Part shown: piece by piece, positions 1-11,962 of the stretch
Position numbering within the stretch: the first letter of the stretch is position 1
How the letters are laid out: each line of letters starts with the position of its first letter
From: Ptychomitrium polyphyllum
Taxonomy: Eukaryota
Length of the DNA stretch: 64,000 bases
Direction: 5' to 3'
NCBI GenBank assembly: GCA_973851085.1
Contig: OZ316776.1
Location: forward strand, 13,640,001 to 13,704,000
Notes under the pieces: model-generated
The model's input: only the letters and a program-made list of their open reading frames with translations
Database searches by the model: none
What the model was told of the DNA's origin: nothing
Made by a program: the position numbers and the translations under genes

Positions 1-61
1 ATGGAATTTTTGTTTCCTTGAATTATTCTTGCTGAGGCATGGTCAACTTTATTGTGCGTAG

Positions 62-3000
62 ATCTTTGGAATCAAACAAGTTCAGTGGCCGAGTTCCAGA
101 TGTTCTTGGGCTCATGCAAGCACTGGTTATCCTGTATGCCCCAACCTCTTCTCGATTTCCAGCGTATGCAGCAAATACAAAAGTTTGTTAGCGGATTATT
201 CCTAAGAGAGTTTCTTTTAATATTTGTTGTAAAATACAGGATGACCATCGTTTTCTTGTGTGCGTTTTCTTTAGAGATTTGAGCTCAAACCGTCTTGAAG
301 GTCCCATTCCGCCGATTCTTGGAAACTTGACTTCAGTGACCAAATTGTAAGTCCATCACCAACTTGTTGTAATCTGTACATGCAAGGCCTGTTTCTAGCT
401 TACTGATACCAATATCAGTGCAATCTCTACTATAGTAAATCAAAAGTTCTTCCATGTAAATCACATTTCGTAGTAGGTTTGCTATCTGTTAAATAGCTGT
501 TAACCTGTCCTTCTCAGGTACCTAGACAACAACCGATTGACGGGTTCGATTCCTCCGGAGCTAGGCAATATGACTCTATTAAACTACCTGTAATTCACGA
601 TCCCATAATGCTTGTTGCTTGAAAACATTCGTACGTATATTCAATGACAGTCACCAAACAAGACCCTGATTTTCGTTTTGGTGGTGCATTTATCGTAACC
701 TTTATTTCACTTTACCGTCCTATTATTTTCAGAGAAGAATACCTGACGTCTCCTGGATGTGACTACGTTTATCTAGAGAGTTGAACAATAATCAACTGAC
801 TGGCGAAATACCTTCTGAGCTGGGCTGCCTTACAGATCTTTTTGATTTGTAAGTACCTTTCATCTTTTGCAAGTACATATTATTAACAATTAGTGTACAC
901 TGGCACATTTGCTGAAGGAGCACAAGTTTAAATGTAGTTCAGGACATGCTGTCTACTATTTTGTACGATCCTTAAGATAATCAGAATATTCGTTTTTTGA
1001 GGAATTTTAGTCACAGATTTAACTGAATCCAACAGAACTTGGCTGCAGCCGGTTACGATGGCAGATTTATTCCTTGGTGAATTCACTGTCAAATATTTCT
1101 TGCAGTTCATTCGAGTAGAATTAAAGTGTTAAACATTCTGTAAGCGGGAAGTCTAGTCTGGGCTTTAGATGTAACCTCTCAACTATCACTAATGATCTGT
1201 ACTAGTGATGTTTGTTTGTGCTAATTTAGCCAATCTCTTACAAGAAGTTCGGACTGGCTAATTGATACAACGGATTCTAAAAAAAGAAAGAATAAAAACC
1301 AGATTCTCTTCATGGAATCAAGATGTATAGCCTCTTAAAACTCGAGTATGACCTAGGTGTCTTCTGGGTATCAGATGCATATCACCTCAGTATAACCCGT
1401 GTATCCAAATGAAAATGTTATCCAAGGAACCTGAATTGCTCCTCTAGCCATGGCAAAGTATGCTGATCTTTGTTCTGACAAGAAATCAACACTGATATGT
1501 ACGTGCATGACAGGAAGCTTTCTGAGAATGGATTGACAGGCCCTATACCTGAAAATATTAGCTCCCTTGCAGCCTTGAACTTCTTGTAAGCAGAGCTATC
1601 TCCTCATCAATGTACAATATTTGCCATTTGTGGAGACAAAACTAGGCTAGGTATAATGAGGTTTTCAAAGCTGGTACTATATGCACTTCCACAGAAAAGA
1701 AAATTAATAGATTGAATGATTGATTTAAAATTAATTATTTATGGAATCATACGCAGGGATTTGCACGGAAACAAGCTGAACGGCAGTATCTTACCAGATC
1801 TTCAGAAACTAACTAATCTGACAAGCTTGTGAGTGCCTTCTTGTTTTACATTTCTTGACGTCATTAGTATCTGCTGAAATGTTTGTCGGTACCCCACAAT
1901 CCTCTGTCCCTCATCTTAACAGGTGTAAATGTTTCTTTTCACCTCTGTAGACTAATTCCCTCCTACTTCATAGCACCTCTGAGGCAAGAGTGCACCTTTT
2001 GTCAGTCGTCAACCTATCATGGCTAGTATGCTGTGTTTGATGTTAACTAGTGTGGGGAAAGTTTTCTTAGAATGCTCTGCTCCTGTCTTAATGCGATAAA
2101 TTTTTGTTGGAGCAGAAACCTCTCATCGAACTTCTTTTCGGGTGTGATCCCCGACGAGATTGGACTTATTTTTAATCTTGACAAGTTGTGAGTTCTCTCA
2201 ACCCTGTTAAAAGCATCATCGCTGCCGTATCGGTTTTCTACTCCAGGATTTCTAAATATGGCCAACTATTTATTGAATATTAAATAACTGAATTCGTATG
2301 CAATGCAAGAAATTCCTATCCAGTTCGTCACTGGAAAAAGTTTCTGTTTCCCCTCTGTTCTTGAAGTCATTCAGTTCCTTTATCGTGCAGGGATCTGTCA
2401 AAGAACAACCTGAGCGGCCCTATACCACACTCCATCGGCAACCTTGAGCATCTGCTTATCTTGTAAGCGTTCATATTATTCCAAATTTTAAGACATTCTC
2501 GGGGCTGTTGTCTGCTTTGAGCTTACCATATGTAGCGAAGTTATAGCATTTCAGCTTAGACATCGACATCATGTCCTTGTTAAAATGAGATACTTGTTCT
2601 CTTTGTATGAAATTTAGCTGAAGTTGGCTTTGGTTGAAATTTTCTAACTTGGCATTTCTGAGGGACAACAGGGACCTACATAGCAACAAATTAAACGGTT
2701 CAATTGGCATCAAACCTGGCAACGTGACCACCAATAGTTACTTGTACGTTTCTAGCACCTTCCATACTCGCTGCTTATGTATTCAGTCTTCGCTTTGAGT
2801 CTCATGTCAAACCCGAATTGAGGCAGATGGAAATATTTATTTTATGATGCTTGTGAAAATTGCAATTGCTATACGATTCTATTGTATCTAACGAGTCACG
2901 GGTTCTTTCAGGGAATGCATCCACCTTAATTACCTGTGAGTTGCAAATTTCATTTACTTTCCTTGCTTATGCATGTAGTCATCCCCTAGGGTCACAGGTC

Positions 3001-6000
3001 AAGTATGACATTAGGTAAAACAGGCGCAAGTGTTCGTTTCATAAACGTGTGCAGAATCGAATCCTTTGTCGAATTTCTTGTGGTGGGCTCATATCTAACA
3101 AGGCGACAATTCTTTCAGAGATTTATCCCACAACACCTTCAATGGACCAATGCCACCTGAGCTTGGCAATCTGCAAGAAATACATGTCATGTATCCTCCT
3201 TTACTTATTATCCTACATTATAGTCTTGTAGTCGAATCTTGCATCCATTTTCCAAGAGGTCAATTCAGTCAAATGTGTGCCTGCCGATTGGTGTATATGC
3301 ATCTCTCAGCCCGAGAGATGCAATAGCTGTGAATACACGGTTCTTTTCTATTTACAGCAACCAATTGGAAACCTGCCGGTAGTTGATTGCAGAGTTTGTT
3401 TCTGATGTCCACTGTTTGGCAGGAATTTATCATTTAACACTCTATCAGGATCCATACCAAAGCAACTTGAGAATTGCTTCAATTTGGATACCTTGTAAGC
3501 CAAATCTTATCATTTCTTTTTCTATATGTGCATTGCATTCTGAGATGTTGATGTAGACGCTAAGTCAAATTAATGGCTTCTGACTGCAGGGATCTTTCGT
3601 TCAACAATTTGTCTGGAGAAGTTCCTGTTGCAAATTTTTTTGACAAGTTCCCTCCTAGCAGGTATTCTTGTCGAGTTGTCTGCCTAGCCTGAAATTTGAA
3701 CGTCAACAATGGTACTTGTTGATCGATTCAATTAAGAGACTGAACACTGTTCATTTTTATAAATTTTAGTAAATGTAATTTATTGCATTCAACGAGGAGA
3801 AGCAGTGGACTTGGAGCTCAGAATTTTTTTCAATTTGCACTACGCTCTAGTTACAGCTCGAAGTCTTGTTTAATACTGTATATTTTAAAAAAGCACTGAT
3901 CAGTCTTTACTGATTAAATGACATTACTGAATTTAGGGACTAGTCTCCAGTGCCTACTTCTACCGATAATCCAAATGTGGGTCTGGGGTGTGATTGACGT
4001 TGCAGCTACTATGGCAATCGACAGCTATGTGTCGCAACTAACAGCTCATGTGGGAAGAACTTTACTACTGGTGGGGCATCTCGCACTAATGGTATGCCTC
4101 GATAAGTTGATCTATACTCCATGTGAGTTTCAGCACTACGTGTGACTAAATTGTGAATAAAGCTTTGCTAGGACAGTAATGAAGCCAATTCTGCTCACTG
4201 CACAGGTCCTTTGGGAGCAACAGCTGCCTGGGGAATTGCAGTCTCTGCAACCTGCCTCTTTGCACTTCTTCTCTTTGGGGCCATGCGCATCATGCGACCC
4301 CGTCACCTTCTCAAGATGTCCAAAACATCACAAGGTATTTTGAAGACTTAATAGATATCGATATGAATGTGTAATGTACTTCCGATGCATAAGTAGACAA
4401 GCGTGCTAATTCTCTACAAATGTCCTAACAAAGGCCCACATTTGAAGGGAATGAAATCCGTAGTCTCAATCTAGAAACTGTTAAGACAAGCAGTAGTGGC
4501 TCACGAGTATTGGGAATATATCCATCATGAGCAGGGCCACCGAGTTTAGTGACATTTCACTTGGGGATGGCGCCACAGTCCTTCGAGGAGATGATGCGTC
4601 TGACGGAGAATCTGAGCGAGAAGTACGTGGCAGGGCGGGGAGGCTCGAGTACGGTATACAAATGTACTCTCAAGAATGGCCACTCAATCGCCATCAAGAA
4701 GCTCTTTAACTACTACCCTCAAAACATTCATGAGTTTGAGACAGAGTTAAAGACGTTGGGCAATATCAAACATCGAAATGTTGTCAGTCTGCGGGGGTAC
4801 TCAATGTCATCAGCTGGCAATTTCCTCTTTTACGATTTTATGGAGTACGGTAGCTTGTATGACCATCTACATGGTGAGAAACTCTTGCTCTTCCATCCTT
4901 CCTCCATTTAGCATGTTCAGTAAAATAAGGATCTTTGCTCCTCCCACCTGATGTTTGATAGTTCTTCAGGAACGTCTCGAGAAGTAGTACCCTAATATGA
5001 GATGATTTACTCTATCCTTCTATCATCTCATGGGCCATATAACCGTTATGTAATCTTTTTGGTAGAAATATATATGAGGCTAACTGAATCATTTTGTTGG
5101 ATTCAGGACATGCAAAAAGGTCGATCAAGATGGATTGGAATACGCGTGTGAAGATAGCATTAGGAGCAGCACAAGGACTTGCATATCTACACCAAGACTG
5201 TAAACCGCAAGTTGTTCATCGAGATGTAAAATCGTGTAACATACTTCTGAATGCAAATATGGAGGCTCATCTTTGTGACTTCGGGCTTGCTAAAAACATT
5301 CAGCCCACCCGGACACATACCTCTACATTTGTGCTGGGGACGATCGGTTACATTGATCCAGAATACGCTCAAACTTCACGACTTAATGATAAATCCGATG
5401 TTTACAGCTTCGGCATTGTGTTGCTGGAGCTTCTTATGGGCAAAAAGGCAGTTGAAGATGAAGTCAACTTGCTTGACTGGGTATGTCCTTCACTTGAGTC
5501 GACTACTAAGATCCTCAGCCTGGACTATTGTATTAGCCATTCAACACCTTTTAGGTGTTAACAAATTCAGTCACCACATATGTGTCCTAATTGCACAAAG
5601 GATTTAGACAAATAAGATATTTTAACTTTTTGAATTGCCAACCCAATTCGATTACGTTCTGATCAATGCAGATCTGCTGCGTGAAATTACACTGTCTACA
5701 GTTGCTAATCCACAAATTATTTTCGACGGTTTTCCAGGTGAGGTCAAAAATAGATGAGAAGAACCTGCTGGAGTTTGTGGACTCGTATGTACGAGCAACA
5801 TGTCCAAGCATGGATCACCTTGAGAAGGCCCTGAAGCTGGCACTCTTGTGTGCCAAGCAAACGCCTTCACAACGACCTACCATGTACGATGTGGCTCAGG
5901 TCCTGAGCTCCCTTCTTCCCGTTGTTTTGGCTCCTCACAAACCCCTCAGCTATTCCTCTCCTGGCTCCAAACAACGACGTTACAGTGACATCTGGAGCGC

Positions 6001-6100
6001 CTACAACGCCAAGCAGGGCGAGGATATCATTGCAAGCAGCAGTACGTCTGGAGGCGACTTGCTGGATCAGTTTGAAGACGTCATTTCCAGAAATATTTGA
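62..6100 (+). CDS. ERL: ERECTA-family LRR receptor-like kinase, 5' end outside window
   Basis: Twelve 72-nt one-LRR exons with AG/GT borders: 62-133, 275-346, 518-589, 777-848, 1514-1585, 1757-1828, 2116-2187, 2391-2462, 2672-2743, 3119-3190, 3423-3494, 3590-3661. Then 4006-4091 (YYGNRQLC cap), 4206-4334 (transmembrane AAWGIAVSATCLFALLLFGAM), and kinase exons 4535-4873, 5107-5480, 5738-6100. Motifs MMRLTENLSEKY, HRDVKSCNILL, DFG, GTIGYIDPEYAQTSRL are typical of ERECTA/ERL. Confidence 0.95.
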
Positions 6101-7662
6101 GCGAAAGTGCTTCTCCCTCGTCTCTAATTCAGGCCACCCTTCATAACATTCACTCGGCATTTTGTAGTCCGGCAATGCCATGTTTCCTTCCCCTTGCAGA
6201 GACCTAAAGAGGCGACAATGAGTGTATATTATTGGGTACCACTTCAAGGGTTCTTCCAGAGCTGCTAAAATACAGTAGAAATCAGCTGTGCATCTTGTGA
6301 TTGTCTCGTGGACTTGGAGTGATCTATTTGATTGTTTTCTCTTCTCCAGAGACTCTACTCATCCTGTGAATCTAATGTACAACAGTCGAAGGGTGAGGTT
6401 GTACGTATTCCTCAGAACATCCCGTAACATTGGCTTCGTTTACTATGTACCTAATAGAATTTTTTTATTTTTTGTGTTCATCACGCCGGCTTAGTTTGCA
6501 TGGTTGTTGCACTTAGTAAACTTGAGTTCTTTGATCGATGGGTCATTCTTAGTCGCACATGTTTGCTTATGTTTACAATACGAACAAACTGTCCTGCATG
6601 GCGCTTCAAATGGCAGTTACTCCGTAATTATTCAACCCAATCTCGTAGTACTTTTAAGTCTCCAGGATTGTGCTGCATGTAGCCTTTATACCGTGAACCA
6701 TTCCTTCACGAAGTGCACACAGAGGTTTTAGAACACTTGATCATTGAGAACGCTATGAGAGGATGAGGCTCGCATACCAAAGCATGTATAAAGAGAGCTT
6801 AACCTGCTCTTCAAATTTCACCATGTCAGAGATAGCAGGACGAGAGATCAACACTTCAAAGTGGAGGAAGGAAGTGGCTCACATTTACCGTGAAGGGTCT
6901 ACAGTAGAACATAAATACACAAGCCTCTTTTATTACAAACAATTCATTTCAATAAAGACTTATAGTCTCATACAATTCTAATGCCTAAGTTAGAATAGTT
7001 TGGATTATTGAAACTTGTTGTGAAAAATATGAAAAGTCGCTCTACAGTAGCCATTTCCAATAATGCAGTAATTCAATATTATTGCACCTTAGTCTAATTA
7101 AAATGAAAAGTCAAGATCAATTGTAAAGTGTTTGGTTAACACTATTAAGGACATATTCTAATTGCAGCACAATTAATTAAACCGTTTGGCAAGTGTCAAT
7201 GGTTTTTTTGAAAAGCGCCAAACATCTTAACTACTCTAAAATTGGTATTTAGTGTCACAAATTATAAATCCCTTGCTATTATGCTAAATGTAAACCGCCA
7301 AACCAATATAACCAACGCCAAATGCCAACACGCTTTTTATTAGAACAAAAAGGCGCTTTTTGAACTGTTTATGAATAGCATCACCTATAAAATGATTTAC
7401 CAGTCAGTAAACACCATACAAGTCTATAATACCATCTTTAAAGTGTAGTAGAAGTGTGAGATCCTAAAAATGACTCCAACAACAAATAATGCCATCGTTG
7501 CTAATTTCGTTCCTCTGCAAAATGATTCAAATGGTTCCTCTACAATGGTTCCTCTACAGGCGTCACATGGAGTTTGGCCTGGCGAGAGCCAGGCAGAAAG
7601 CTCATGTGAAGCAAATGAAGATTCATATGAAGTGGGAAAGGGTGGCGGTGCTTACAAAGTTG

Positions 7663-10446
7663 CCAGTAGTCGCTTCAAGAGCAGACTCCGTCTTTGAAAT
7701 GATGGAACCGGTTGGCATCCCGAGCCACGATCTCACGCCCGACAATCCTGGTAATGAACTTGGTGGCAGTATGGCAGTCTGTACATACACGCAAGTTCTT
7801 GAAAATACGGATGGGAGAACCAGCAGGCGTGGTCATCAAACCGTAAGTGATGGCCAGCTTCTCACTGTGGCGGCACACAGCATTTTCCTTCCCTTGCTCA
7901 TCCACATCATGCATCACCAACTTTGTGTCCGGAACATACCCTTCGCTCTTCATCTTCTGGGTTAATCTGTCTAGCTCCGATTATATTTTCACTGCCTGGG
8001 GATGGGACCTATCTTCCGCAACAAAATAATGCAGCTTGCCATCCACTTCAATCCAACTGCGTCCAGGCTCTTTCGTGATACCTCTCTGCTCCATCAATCT
8101 CCGAACCTTCAATACAGTATCCCACATTCCAGCTGCGGCATACATGTGAAAGCACCACATACACTGCGGCGTTGTCGGGATCCAGCTTCACACTGCTCTC
8201 TGCCGCACGCTCGGCGACCACATAATATTTCCATGGATTCTACACGCACCCAGCAAGGCTCCCCAAATCATCGTGTTGGCTTGTAACGGCATCTTCTTTA
8301 TTAGCGCTTCTGCCTCATTTAAATGCCCTGCACGGCCCAGGAGGTCCACCATGCACCCGTATTGCTCAATTGCGGGTGTAATACCGAAGTCTTGAGCTAT
8401 GGAAGCGAAGTAGAGGTGTCCTTCTTCTAGGAGGCCCGCGTGGCTGCATGCGGGCAGGACACTGACGAAAGTCACAACGTCTGGCTCCACTCCTTCCTTT
8501 TTCATTCTTTCAAACAGGTGCAGGGCATCTTGCCCTCTTCCATGCTGAGCTAGCCCCGCGATCATTGCATTCCATGAAATGACATTTCGCTTGCTCATTT
8601 CTTCAAACACAAGCTGAGCATCTTCAAAGCTTCCACATCTGGCATACGTACTCAGCAAGGCATCCCCAACACTGACGTCAGATAATAAGCCGTCCTTCAC
8701 CGTTAGAGTATGGATCTCCCGAGCCCATTCTAAAAAGCCCGAGTTTGCACATGCATTCAGCAAGTTCATATAGGTGACTTTGTCAGGCTTTAGGCCTTCT
8801 TCTTGCATTCTATTAAATAATTTCGAGGCCTCTTTACTAAGGCTATGCGCAGCATATCCGCCAATTATAGCGTTGAATGCAAGAACATCTCGCTTGGTCA
8901 TTCTGTCGAACACTTGGCGAGCATCCTTAATACTGCCACACGTCGAGTACATGTTCACAAGGGTATTTCCCACATGAGTATCAGTAGCCAGTCCAGCTTC
9001 CGTGACTTCCAGATGAATTCTCTTGCCCCAGCCCAACGCTGCTACACTGGAACGGGCATTCAAGATGCTCATATACGTCACCCTGTTCGGCTCCACACCT
9101 GCTCGTTGCATATCTTGATAAACTGCCAAGACTTCTGCACCAAGACCGCTCTTTGCAAGACCTCCAATCATTGCAGTCCATGAAATGACATCTCTTCGAA
9201 CCATTTGGTCAAAGACAAGACGTGCATCCTCAATACTTCCGCATCTGAAATACATGCTAATGAGAGCATTTGCTAAGCTTACATCAGACATAAAACCAGG
9301 TTTCATGACACGGTAATGAATCTCCTTGCCCCAGTGAAGAACTGCTGAATTGACAGAAGCATTTAAGATACTCACATATGTCACTTTGTTTGGCATCATG
9401 CCTTCTCGCTGCATTTGGTGATAAACTTGAGAAGCCTCTTCCCAACAGCCGCCTCATTGTGTTCCAAGCAATCAAATCCCGATTCACTAACTTTTCAAAT
9501 ACTTGACGACAATCTTTGTAGCTCCAACATTTGGCATACATCTTCACCAGAGCAGTCCCAACAACTGTGTTTGATTCATATCCAGCATTGATAATGTGAG
9601 CATGAACTGCCTTGCCCCACTCCAAGGCTGCGGGGGTCGAAAAAGCATTCAATATGCTCATATATGTAATCTGATTTGGCTCTACACCTTCTTGCTGCAT
9701 TTTCTGAAACATATAAAAAGCAGTCTGACTACGATCACTTTCAGCATAGTCCCCAATCATCATGGTCCAGGAAATAACAGTCTGTCTCTCCATTTTATCG
9801 AAAACTTTCCGTGCTTCCTCAAAACTGCCACACTTTGCATGCATGTTAAGTACAGAATTAGCCAATCTGACATCAGACAGAAGTCCAGCTTCCGTGACTT
9901 GGCCATGAACTTCCCTCCCCAACTACAAGGTGCTTGGAGATTTGCAAGCATTCAAGAAGCTCATTAAAGTAATTCTATCTGGATGAAGGCCCTCTTGCTG
10001 CATTTGACGAAGTAGTTTTAAAGCCTTGTCAACATAGCCATTCTGTGCATAACCTACAACCATGGCATTCCAGGAACGGACACTCCTTTCCGAATAGTCA
10101 ATTACTTTCTGTGCTTCTTCCAAACTTCCACAATGTAAGTACATGTTTATTAGAACATTAATTGTATATTTGTCTAGCAGTATGCGATGATGGATAATAT
10201 GCTGGTGTATCTACCTGCCCGCCACAAGTCTTTAACCTCGATACATCTTTTCAGCATTTTCAAATAATCAGAGTAGTTTACTTGGGCGCCTTGCTGTTGT
10301 AAGTATTGCCCTACATCCAATGCTCCGTCGTTCTTGATCACCGGCTTCTCATCCTTGTAAGTGTGAAAGAATGCCTCGTCAACTCCAGATCGTCCATTTG
10401 AGTGTGCGTGTCTACTGCTGTTAAACCACCTACTTAACCCACACAT
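7663..10446 (-). pseudogene. PLS-class PPR protein with E/E+/DYW domain (organellar C-to-U editing factor type), disabled
   Basis: ORF pieces 10174-10446, 9923-10144, 9284-9922, 8188-9414 and 7675-7953 assemble into P-L-S repeats, an E domain (WGALLGACRIHGN), a PG box (KEPGRSWIEV), HSEKLA, CTDCH and HHFKDGVCS*SDYW. Lesions: frameshift ~10225, stops at 10211-13 and 9923-25, deletion/frameshift ~9455, two frameshifts ~8225-8145, stops at 7981-83 and 7675-77. Confidence 0.92.
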
Positions 10447-11699
10447 CTCTAGTCAACTACAGAAGCAAGGTTCTAAAAGCCTCTACAGAATGTATAACGT
10501 GTATTGCCAGTCCAATTAATTAATTTTTTCAAAAAACAGAAACCCTACCAACATGAGTAAAACAGCATGGCCTCTGCTTCATGCCATACTAAGCCAGGAT
10601 TAAATGACAATCGTACAAACAAATATAATACCATTTGCAGGCCCGGTCTCGATATTTGCTGTGCATCAAACCCATATGACGTGCTTCAAGCAACGATGCA
10701 GGTTTCAGATTCACCAGGAAGCGCTCCTCTATACATGCCTGCAATTATTACACAAATTTCAATACCTTTCTGTACGAAGAAAATCTAAATATAAACACTT
10801 TCTACCACCTAATTCATGGCACCACACCAGGAGACGGCAGCCTCACAACAAATGTTGGAAGCAAGCAAGAAGCTTTGCTCCCTAAATTCACTAATCAAAT
10901 CAAGCATTCAACAAATGCCAGCTTCATCGAATAGCCAGAATACTAGGCTCAACAATCCAAACACATCATAACACCAATTCATGCAAAAGGAAAAGTCTTC
11001 ATAATTGGCAAACAATAGATCCTTCCGTTGGAAGAAGCTAATCATATCGGAACAAGCTGTTCATTGACTGCAAAAGTACGCTGACGCACAGCCTCGTCAG
11101 GTGAAGGACCTCGCAACACACGTCTGTGCGTTCGCACCTGGGTCGCAAACGCAGATTTGAAACTCACCAAAAGTAAAATCTACTGGCGTTGCAACCTCTC
11201 CATCGCTGACATAAATGCTCTACACAACATGAGGAAGAGTTGCCCATGGATTGTTATAACCCCTGCCAAAGGCCCGACACATTAGTTTCGAATGTTCAGT
11301 TTGGCAAATACGCAAGCACGATACAAATCCAAAAAAAGTCTGCACACCAAGTTTACTACTACGGACTAACACTTCGTCTGTCAAATTCTAGCCTAAAAAT
11401 CGATTGTCTAACTGAAGAATTGCAGTCCAATCTCATAAGCGGTCTATGCGCAAATAGAGCAACGGAACCCACAATACCAGTGACGGAAAGCCATATACAG
11501 ATCACCGTTGAACATCGTCTACAGAGGAGAACGCAGCCGCAATTTAAAACAACCTCGAATCATCACTCTCACATGTGCATTTGGCAACACTAGAATTGCA
11601 TAACTTAACGAAAACCTAGGTGGTAGAAGCCCCACCCTCGCGATGAACGACGGAGGTGGGTTCAGGGAAAACAGGAAAGAGGAGAAAAAGAAAGAGGAC

Positions 11700-11962
11700 A
11701 TAGAAAGACAGCGCTTCTAATTTTTCTTTACCCCATCTCGTCGTCTTCGTCCAGTCCACGTTCGCGGTACTTCAGACTCCAAGGTACTCCGGGAATTCCT
11801 TACAGAATTTTTTTTGCAATCAAGCTTCCCAAAGGCTAGAGTCAAGAAGTTGGAGTCCTGATGTAACTAGTATACTTTCCGTCTGTGGTTACTTTGCAGA
11901 TTGCGGGAACCGGGCCAAGCTCTCACCAACGCCATCGTCTGCACCAACTCCACCACATAGCC
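11700..11962. promoter_or_regulatory. Probable shared (bidirectional) promoter/5' region of the divergent PPR pseudogene and THUMP-like gene
   Basis: Head-to-head gene orientation; purine/pyrimidine tracts at 11660-11735. TSSs cannot be determined from sequence. Confidence 0.3.

Noticed and set aside
7180..7365. Short GTTTGGC/GCCAAAC inverted motifs suggesting a MITE
   Set aside because: No definable terminal inverted repeats or TSD.
7470..9967. Plus-strand ORFs over the PPR gene, and similar antisense ORFs over copia/gypsy pol
   Set aside because: Shadow frames of coding sequence on the opposite strand with no independent motifs.
7660..10213. PPR stops (CAG>TAG) and CAA after DYW as targets of RNA editing or readthrough
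   Set aside because: This is a nuclear gene with several frameshifts and non-C/U stops; ordinary pseudogenisation explains it.
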